From Candidatus Iainarchaeum sp. (GTDB lineage: Archaea; Iainarchaeota; Iainarchaeia; Iainarchaeales; CSSED10-239): a stretch of DNA of 7,064 nucleotides. The notes below the pieces were generated by a model. That model saw only the letters and a program-made list of their open reading frames with translations. It was not told the origin of the DNA and did no database searches. A program made the translations under genes and the position numbers. Position 1 is the first letter of the stretch; each line of letters opens with the position of its first letter. The DNA lies in the NCBI GenBank assembly GCA_028700905.1, contig JAQVRT010000037.1, forward strand, positions 1 through 7,064. The letters run 5' to 3'. Below, piece after piece: positions 1 through 5,848 of this stretch.

Positions 1-292
1 GACCTAAAAATGAAGATGTTAATAGTTCAACATGAATATATGCATATTGTATACCTATTGTTAAATAAGCAAATGGTGTGAAAAAAAGATCTAATGAATT
101 ATTAAATATTTCATAAATTGTTTGTTTGAAATAAATTGCACTTGTGAGAGATAAATTTTGTATAAAGTTTGATCCTTCTGTAATTAGGATGTCTCCTCTT
201 GAGGTATAGATAAAAGCAATTATAATTCCAATAATATATGAAATTCCAAAAGTTGAGGCAATTACTCTATAATAGTTATCTATCTTTACCAT
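1..292 (-). CDS. Membrane protein, N-terminal part only (gene runs off the left edge of the window); possibly SpoIIM/DUF95-like
   Basis: It is absent from the supplied ORF track because it is truncated by the window edge. My own reverse-complement translation from the ATG at 292..290 is open for all 97 codons to position 1: MVKIDNYYRVIASTFGISYIIGIIIAFIYTSRGDILITEGSNFIQNLSLTSAIYFKQTIYEIFNNSLDLFFTPFAYLTIGIQYAYIHVELLTSSFLG. A stop-free run of this length is unlikely by chance in such AT-rich DNA. A hydrophobic TM-like segment (FGISYIIGIIIAFIY) follows a short N-terminus. The 'IFNNSL...F....G' stretch is reminiscent of SpoIIM-family integral membrane proteins, but this is a weak by-eye call. Confidence 0.55.
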   Translation of the reverse strand, partial: MVKIDNYYRVIASTFGISYIIGIIIAFIYTSRGDILITEGSNFIQNLSLTSAIYFKQTIYEIFNNSLDLFFTPFAYLTIGIQYAYIHVELLTSSFLG

Positions 293-411
293 ATTATTAA
301 ATATATTTAAGAAAATAGTTTAAAAGACTATGGTTTTTAAGTATTATGTTGGTTTTATAAAAATATAGGTTTTTAATATATTTATTGTTTATTTAAATGA
401 GATAATTAGAT

Positions 412-852
412 ATGAAAAGAAAAATTAAAGATTTAAGAAATAAAAAAAATACTGCAGAAAATCATTCTGGAGTTTTAAGAATAAAAAGTGAAAGATTTAA
501 AATTGAAAGAAATTTAGCTTCTCAAAAACCTCTTGCTATGGAATATAAGTCTGAATATAAGCAAGGATGTTTATTTATTAAGAAAATTTTAGATTATAAA
601 CAAAAAAATAAATTAATATTTTTTACTGGAAAACAAGCTGGTGAGATTTTAAAAAAATATCCAAAACTAGATTCTCCAGAAGCTATAAAAAGTATATTGA
701 TTGCAAGTTCTAATCCTAATTTAAATATTAAAAAAATAAATTCTATAGTTTCTGAAATATATAGTAAAAAGATTTCTGAAAAAGAAAGAAAAGATATTAT
801 TTTTACAATGATCAGAAGTATAAAAATAGAAAACTATGAATACCTTTTATAG
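412..852 (+). CDS. Hypothetical basic protein, 146 aa
   Basis: Complete ORF from ATG to TAG, in a frame free of stops despite the AT-rich context. It is followed immediately by oligo-T tracts. I recognise no catalytic or family motif. It is Lys-rich. One segment (GKQAGEILKKYPKLDSPEAIKSIL) loosely resembles the repeat unit of the 4871..5836 protein. Confidence 0.55.
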   Translation: MKRKIKDLRNKKNTAENHSGVLRIKSERFKIERNLASQKPLAMEYKSEYKQGCLFIKKILDYKQKNKLIFFTGKQAGEILKKYPKLDSPEAIKSILIASSNPNLNIKKINSIVSEIYSKKISEKERKDIIFTMIRSIKIENYEYLL

Positions 853-864
853 TTTTTATTTTTT
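853..864 (+). terminator. Oligo-T tracts (T5 A T6) directly after the stop of the 412..852 ORF; candidate archaeal-type terminator
   Basis: The sequence tttttatttttt starts one base after the TAG at 850..852. Archaeal RNA polymerase terminates at oligo-T stretches. Such tracts are common in AT-rich DNA, so specificity is limited. Confidence 0.4.
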
Positions 865-875
865 AAAAAAATAAG

Positions 876-896
876 AAAAAAAAAGAGAAAAAAAAA
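876..896 (-). terminator. T9-CTC-T9 on the minus strand immediately downstream of the rpl44e stop; candidate archaeal-type terminator
   Basis: The plus strand reads a9-gag-a9 at 876..896 and abuts the minus-strand stop codon (cta at 897..899). On the transcribed strand this gives two 9-nt oligo-U runs. Confidence 0.5.
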
Positions 897-1181
897 CTAT
901 TCTTGTTTAATTTCAGTTTTCTTCATTCTTTTTGGTATTACAAAATAACTTTTAGCTTTACAAACTGAACATTCAGCTGTATAAACAGGTTTTTTATTTT
1001 GTTTTTTAACAGGTTTGATTAATTTTGCTTTTCCACCATAACCTGATTTATGTTTAGCTTCATTTTTTCTTGTACCAATAGACATAGCTCTTGCTTTTCT
1101 AGGTTTGAATGCTTTTAATTTTTGTTCTGTATGTTTTTTACATTTTTTACAATATCCTTTTACTGTTTTTGGAAGGTTCAT
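897..1181 (-). CDS. rpl44e: Large-subunit ribosomal protein L44e (eL42), zinc-ribbon type
   Basis: 94 aa. The four-cysteine zinc ribbon is C11-x2-C14 (CKKCKKH) and C71-x2-C74 (CSVCKAK). The central KSGYGGKAK..KP matches the conserved (K/Q)SGYGGQxKP core of the archaeal/eukaryotic L44e/L36a family. Size and high basic content are typical. This family is absent from bacteria. Confidence 0.9.
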   Translation of the reverse strand: MNLPKTVKGYCKKCKKHTEQKLKAFKPRKARAMSIGTRKNEAKHKSGYGGKAKLIKPVKKQNKKPVYTAECSVCKAKSYFVIPKRMKKTEIKQE

Positions 1182-1560
1182 AATTATTCACTCTTTTTTT
1201 TATAAATTTTAATTTTTAAATAAGTTGTTCACTCTTACTCTTATATAATATATATAAGCAAGCTTTAAAAACAAATTGTTTTTTCAAAAAAAACAACTGT
1301 TTACTTGTTGTTTTAAATAATAGGGCAATACTCTTTAATATTCTTAAATTATAACTAAAAATTGATTGCCTAAAATAAAATTATTTTGTAATTTATAAAC
1401 TTATTTTTTTAAACATAAAAAGAAAATTCTATAAATAATAAAGTTAAACCCTAAAAATACTTCTGATCTTATAAACAGATAATATAATTATTATTTATTT
1501 TTAATGCTATATAGTATTAAAAGTATATTAAAAGTATAGTTTTACTACCAAATAATACTA

Positions 1561-1568
1561 TTTTTAAA
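1561..1568 (+). promoter_or_regulatory. Candidate TATA box (TTTTTAAA) for the Fic gene, implying a leaderless or near-leaderless mRNA
   Basis: The A/T octamer is centred about 26 nt upstream of the ATG at 1591. That is the usual archaeal TATA-to-TSS spacing. The call is weak because TATA-like strings are abundant in this AT-rich spacer. Confidence 0.3.
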
Positions 1569-1590
1569 CTTATCTATACTTAAATATCAT

Positions 1591-2766
1591 ATGCCTTCTA
1601 AGTTAGATGTATTTTTAATTATTGGTATAAATCAAAAATTAACAATTAAAGAAATAATCAAAAAAATATCTTCATCTAGCTATTTATCAATATACAATTA
1701 TATAAATCAATTAAAAGATGAAAAATTAATAAAGAAAGATAAAAATTATTTTTATATATCAAAAAACACTAAATCTGATGAATTATTCTCATTAGTTTAT
1801 TTTTGTTTTAAGAATAATATAGATTACAATAAAGTAATTTTAGAAAAAGTATCAAAATATATTTTGACAGGATATGAAAATGATTATTTAGACACTTCTA
1901 TTTATAATTGTAAGACTATAAAAAAATATAATAAATATTTATCAAATGCAGGGATTATATATATTGAATCCAAAAAACCTTTAAAAGTTATATTAATACC
2001 TTCAAATTTTACAAACCTACTTATTAAATATTTCTTAAATATTGTTAAAAATAAAAAATTTAATTATAATATTGAAAATTTAGATTCAAAATTAGAAAAA
2101 GAATATTCTATATTTAAAAAAAAACAAAAAAATATAATCTCAGATCAGATTAAATTTGTATATACTAGTTTATCTCTTGAAGGAATAACCTTAACTTTAC
2201 CTCAAACTGAAAAGTTGTTAAAAGAAGATGTTTCTCCAAATGTTCCTTTATATAAAGACATACAACAAACAACTGATTATAAAAAAGCAATTGATTATTT
2301 ATTAAAAAATAAACTAAATTTAGAAAATATTCTAGTCTTTCATAGTATAGCTATGAACTCATTAAATTTTGGTTCTGGAGAATTTAGATCTCAAAATGTA
2401 AAAATAAAAGGAAATCCTAATTTTAGTATTCCAGATTATAAAGAATTACCTACACTATTAAATAATTTTGAAGATAAATTAATTTCTTTTTTTTCAAAAA
2501 AACAAAAAATCCCAGAAATTATTGAAAATGCATCCTACCTTCATAATGAATTTCAAAGGATACATCCTTTTATTGATGGAAATAGTAGGACTTCAAGAGC
2601 TATATTTTCAATATATCTTGTGAAAAAAAATCTTCCTTTAATTAATGTTCCTGTAGGATATTTTGATATATATATGAAACAAACAAAAATGTCTAAGGTT
2701 AGAAATGATTTGGAATTTTCTAATTTGATGAAATTGATTGTTTTAAAGAATCTTTCTGATAGATAA
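1591..2766 (+). CDS. Fic/DOC-family protein (putative AMPylase / NMP-transferase) with N-terminal winged-helix domain
   Basis: 391 aa. The Fic active-site motif is HPFIDGNSRTSR at residues 325-336 (nt 2563..2598), compared with the consensus HxFx(D/E)GN(G/K)RxxR. An upstream [ST]xxxE[GN] auto-inhibitory motif, SLSLEG, lies at residues 193-198 (nt 2167..2184). The N-terminal ~60 aa (KLTIKEIIKKISSSSYLSIYNYINQLKDEKLIKKDKNYFYIS) has the helix-turn-helix plus wing pattern of MarR/ArsR-like wHTH domains. Confidence 0.9.
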   Translation: MPSKLDVFLIIGINQKLTIKEIIKKISSSSYLSIYNYINQLKDEKLIKKDKNYFYISKNTKSDELFSLVYFCFKNNIDYNKVILEKVSKYILTGYENDYLDTSIYNCKTIKKYNKYLSNAGIIYIESKKPLKVILIPSNFTNLLIKYFLNIVKNKKFNYNIENLDSKLEKEYSIFKKKQKNIISDQIKFVYTSLSLEGITLTLPQTEKLLKEDVSPNVPLYKDIQQTTDYKKAIDYLLKNKLNLENILVFHSIAMNSLNFGSGEFRSQNVKIKGNPNFSIPDYKELPTLLNNFEDKLISFFSKKQKIPEIIENASYLHNEFQRIHPFIDGNSRTSRAIFSIYLVKKNLPLINVPVGYFDIYMKQTKMSKVRNDLEFSNLMKLIVLKNLSDR

Positions 2767-2793
2767 GTCTAAAATTATATAAATATTTTCTTT

Positions 2794-4698
2794 TTAAGAA
2801 AAGAACTTTAAAATCTCTTCTTTGTATTCTTTTGTTTTTATAAATTTAATATTTTTAGGAATATGTCTCTTATAATTATCCCATTCATACCTAGAATCTA
2901 GATAAAAAACAACTCCTCTATCTTTTTCACTTCTAATTACTCTACCTGCACTTTGTATTACTTTCTGAATTGCTGGTTGAATATATGCATATTGCCATCC
3001 TTTTTTATAAAGTTTATCATAATATTCAATTCTTGCTTTAGTATATATTTCTAATTTTGAAAGAGGTATTCCAATAATTACAGCTCCTAAAAGTAAATTC
3101 CCAGGCAGATCAATTCCTTCTGAGGCTTTTCCACCCATTACTGCAAATAAACAAGATCCTAAAAGTCTAGATCCATCTTTAAAATCATTAATCATTTTTT
3201 CAAAATCATCTGTTGTACTTTCTTCTAACTGATATATTTTAGGTTTATTTATTTTAATATATTTCTCAATATCTCTCATCATTTCAAAACTTGGAAAGAA
3301 AACAACTGTATTTCCTGGGATGGAGTTAACTATTTGTGAAGTAATATCTCCTATTTTTTTATATTCATCAATATTTCTATTTGTAAATTTTGTTGTAACA
3401 TTATTAATTAGAATATCTAGTCTATTTTCTTTTAAAAAAGGGGAATCATATTCTTTTAAAACAGAATTATCTTTAATTCCATATATTTCTTCATACATAG
3501 AAAGAGGAGTTAATGTTCCTGACATTATAACAGATGAAAAGCAATTTTTAAAAACTTCTTTTGTAATTGTTGAAACATCTAAAGCATTATTTTTAAGAGT
3601 TATTACATTTTTTTCAATTTTTATATATTTTACAAAATCTTTTTCTTTTATTAAAAACCAACTTTCAAGAAAAAGAGCAACTGTTACAAGAGAAGATCTA
3701 GTTTCATTTTTCTTTTCAATATAGCTAATTCCAGCTTCTTCAATTTCTATTATTTTCTCTTCAATATCTTTTATATATTTTTCAGAAATTATTTCATTTT
3801 CTTTTACAAATTCTTCTTTTTCATATAGACTTTTTTTATCTTTAAATTTATTGTGTGCTATTTCTTCAAGTTTTAAAACAAAATCTTTTAAGAAACTTTC
3901 AACATTTTTTTCATCAATTTCTTCTGCTTCTTTAATAGCTCTATTAATTATATTAAGATTAATTGTTTTTGAAAGAAGTTTAATTATTCTTTCTTCTAAG
4001 TTATGTGCTTCATCAACAATAACTATACAATCTTTAATATCCACATTTATTTCTGCAAGGAAAGTTGAAGATATTTTCTTTGAAAATAAATGATTATAAT
4101 CTGCAATTATTATTTGACAAGTTCTTGCAAATATTTTTGAAAACTCATAAGGACAAAGAGGTGCTGGTTTTCCATGTAAATTTTTAAAATCATAAGAAAT
4201 GTTTCTTGAGTTTTCTGCAGAAAGAATTGTAAGACTTCTATTTTCTCTTTCAATTAATTGTTCTGTAATTTCTCTTTCTGTTTTATTTGCAGGTCTTACA
4301 TTATTATAAAAAGGACATTGTTTATTCATACATGCATTTTTACAAACTTCATAAAATCCTGCCTTTACTTGTGAAATTCCAGGTTCAATACAAAGGTTTC
4401 TTTTTCCTACAAAATCAATTGCTTTAACTCCTAAGTTATACTTAAAATTTATTTCTCTAATAACTTCTAAAGCAATTTTATGTTGAGAGGTTTTTGGTGT
4501 TAAAAAAAGTATTTTTTTATCATGTTCAATTGCATAACTAATGGCTGCTGAAAGAGAGGCATCTGTTTTCCCTGTTCCTGTTGGTGCATGTAGAATAATG
4601 TTTTTTCTATTTTCAAAAGCTTCAAGTATGTCTATGATGATTTGTTTTTGTCCTTCTCTAAAGGATGAATGTCTGAAGTATATTTTTTTAAGTGGCAT
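2794..4698 (-). CDS. xpd: XPD/Rad3-family 5'-3' DNA helicase (SF2, Fe-S cluster domain)
   Basis: 634 aa. The N-terminal FREGQ is followed by Walker A HAPTGTGKT (nt 4564..4587). The DEAH box VDEAHNL has DEAH at nt 4003..4014. A cysteine cluster lies between motifs I and II (C103, C119, C123, C128, C182; nt 4153..4392), as in the XPD 4Fe-4S domain. A K/E-rich Arch-like insertion is present. Motif V is GGKASEGIDLPG and motif VI is QSAGRVIR (nt 2932..2955). Confidence 0.9.
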   Translation of the reverse strand: MPLKKIYFRHSSFREGQKQIIIDILEAFENRKNIILHAPTGTGKTDASLSAAISYAIEHDKKILFLTPKTSQHKIALEVIREINFKYNLGVKAIDFVGKRNLCIEPGISQVKAGFYEVCKNACMNKQCPFYNNVRPANKTEREITEQLIERENRSLTILSAENSRNISYDFKNLHGKPAPLCPYEFSKIFARTCQIIIADYNHLFSKKISSTFLAEINVDIKDCIVIVDEAHNLEERIIKLLSKTINLNIINRAIKEAEEIDEKNVESFLKDFVLKLEEIAHNKFKDKKSLYEKEEFVKENEIISEKYIKDIEEKIIEIEEAGISYIEKKNETRSSLVTVALFLESWFLIKEKDFVKYIKIEKNVITLKNNALDVSTITKEVFKNCFSSVIMSGTLTPLSMYEEIYGIKDNSVLKEYDSPFLKENRLDILINNVTTKFTNRNIDEYKKIGDITSQIVNSIPGNTVVFFPSFEMMRDIEKYIKINKPKIYQLEESTTDDFEKMINDFKDGSRLLGSCLFAVMGGKASEGIDLPGNLLLGAVIIGIPLSKLEIYTKARIEYYDKLYKKGWQYAYIQPAIQKVIQSAGRVIRSEKDRGVVFYLDSRYEWDNYKRHIPKNIKFIKTKEYKEEILKFFS

Positions 4699-4832
4699 GT
4701 TTTTTCTTTGTTTTTAATTTTTCCTTTATTAATTAAAAGAAGATATAATATATTGTTTCTAAAGTAATATATATGTTTTGTAGGTTCTTGGCTTTTATAA
4801 AATAGTTTATAAAGCTTTCTTACTGTATTATA

Positions 4833-4840
4833 TTTAAATA
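4833..4840 (+). promoter_or_regulatory. Candidate TATA box (TTTAAATA) for the repeat-protein gene cluster
   Basis: It matches the archaeal TTTAWATA consensus and is centred about 34 nt upstream of the ATG at 4871. This predicts a short (<10 nt) leader. It lies in the 172-bp divergent spacer shared with xpd. Confidence 0.35.
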
Positions 4841-4870
4841 ATTTTATTTTAAGTTAGGTTTGTATATACT

Positions 4871-5836
4871 ATGAATAAGATAAGAAAAATAATTAATTTT
4901 TATACAGAAGGACTTTCTTTAAAAGATAAATCTATATTTATTAATAGACTTAAAAAATTTAAATCTGAAGTTCCTGGATTTTATAAAGATTTTATAAATT
5001 TAGATCATTCTCGTGTTTTATCTGATATCCAAAGAATTTATGGTGTTGATGCTTCTTCTGCCAAGAAAGCTATTTTTTCATATCCCCAATTTGCTGGTAA
5101 AGATCATTCTCGTGTTTTATCTGATATTCAAAGAATTTATGGTGTTGATGCTTCTTCTGCCAAGAAAGCTATTTTTTCATCTTCTTCATTTTCTGGTTTA
5201 GATCATTCTCGTGTTTTATCTGATATTCAAAGAATTTATGGTGTTGATGCTTCTTCTGCCAAGAAAGCTATTTTATCATATCCTTCATTTGCTGGTTTAG
5301 ATCATTCAAATATAATGAAGACAAATTTGAGATTAGGAAAATTATTTGGTCTTACTGAAGAATTTATTAAACAAAAATCTTTTGAAAATCGATCTTTAAA
5401 TATTCAAAATCCTTATAAAAAAACAGCTTTTATTGATGTTTTAAAAAAAGTTGGTTTTGATAGTAAAATTTTTACAAATCTTGAAAATAAAATAAATGAA
5501 CGTTATTTTAAACAAAATAAAAGATATCCTACAGCTAAAGAAATGCTTGAACTTAAATCTGAAAGTATATTTTCTTGGTTGAATAGTAAATCTACAGAAA
5601 AAAAGTATTCTCCTTTTATTGAATTTAATGAAATGCCAAAAGATATGCAGAAAAAAATACAAAAAGTAAAAGAAAGAGTTAATGAAATATCTAAACAAAC
5701 AAGATATACACTTCCAGGAATAAGAGAAGGCACTGTTAAAAAATATTATAAAGGACCTACAAGTACAAAACTTGAAGAGTATTTAAAAAAAGGAAAGTTT
5801 TTTGCTCCTAAACATTTGTCTGGTAAAAAGAAATAA
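4871..5836 (+). CDS. Tandem-repeat protein of unknown function, 321 aa; 33-aa alpha-helical repeats (mTERF-like or HhH-like), Lys-rich C-terminal tail
   Basis: Complete ORF from ATG to TAA. Residues 45-143 are three consecutive 33-aa units, DHSRVLSDIQRIYGVDASSAKKAI(F/L)S + an 8-aa variable tail. Degenerate units with the same h..h..hG(h)....h..h pattern lie before them (KIINFYTEGLSLKDKSIFI) and after them (NLRLGKLFGLTEEFIKQKSF; FIDVLKKVGFDSKIFTNL). The repeats are in frame and all multiples of 3, which supports coding. Confidence 0.8.
   Translation: MNKIRKIINFYTEGLSLKDKSIFINRLKKFKSEVPGFYKDFINLDHSRVLSDIQRIYGVDASSAKKAIFSYPQFAGKDHSRVLSDIQRIYGVDASSAKKAIFSSSSFSGLDHSRVLSDIQRIYGVDASSAKKAILSYPSFAGLDHSNIMKTNLRLGKLFGLTEEFIKQKSFENRSLNIQNPYKKTAFIDVLKKVGFDSKIFTNLENKINERYFKQNKRYPTAKEMLELKSESIFSWLNSKSTEKKYSPFIEFNEMPKDMQKKIQKVKERVNEISKQTRYTLPGIREGTVKKYYKGPTSTKLEEYLKKGKFFAPKHLSGKKK
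5003..5299 (+). repeat. Three head-to-tail 99-bp direct repeats (5003..5101, 5102..5200, 5201..5299), in frame inside the 4871..5836 CDS
   Basis: Each unit starts with gatcattctcgtgttttatctgatat. My hand alignment shows the first 72 nt are identical between units 2 and 3 and differ at a single synonymous base (atc/att) in unit 1. Almost all other differences fall in the last ~24 nt. Whole-unit differences by my count are R1/R2 9, R2/R3 4 and R1/R3 7 of 99. A fourth unit begins at 5300 (gatcattca) but diverges immediately. Confidence 0.95.
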
Positions 5837-5848
5837 AAAAGAAATTTT

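Noticed and set aside
865-896. Long poly-A runs as a possible slippage or phase-variation tract
   Set aside because: They lie between two convergent stop codons, so they are non-coding. They are most simply explained as the complement of oligo-T termination signals for rpl44e.
1182-1590. Hidden tRNA or other structured RNA gene in the long spacer
   Set aside because: No G+C-enriched segment and no cloverleaf-compatible stems are visible. The only stems are short and almost purely A-T. The only ATG-initiated peptide I noticed (1504.., 11 codons) is too short to support.
3320-4093. Plus-strand ORFs 3320..3724 (134 aa) and 3851..4093 (80 aa)
   Set aside because: Both lie entirely antisense within the well-supported xpd CDS. 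Their products are Phe/Ser/Ile/Leu-rich low-complexity strings, as expected from reading the complement of Lys/Glu-rich codons. They have no motifs, so they are shadow ORFs.
1591-4698. Fic gene and XPD helicase as a functional two-gene (toxin/defence-like) module
   Set aside because: The genes are convergent, with stops 27 bp apart, so they cannot be co-transcribed. The Fic protein carries its own inhibitory motif rather than needing a separate antitoxin. XPD is a common stand-alone archaeal gene.
5013-5201. Plus-strand 62-aa ORF in an alternative frame across the tandem repeats
   Set aside because: Its internal repetition (FMVLMLLLPRKLFFH occurs twice) merely mirrors the 99-bp DNA repeat. 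The main frame gives a 321-aa ORF with a sensible amphipathic helical pattern. This one is hydrophobic low-complexity sequence without an independent start context.
5003-5299. Possibility that the 99-bp repeats are a CRISPR array or a non-coding satellite
   Set aside because: The units are directly abutting with no spacers. They are far longer than CRISPR repeats, are multiples of three, and sit in frame within a long ORF. No cas genes are present.
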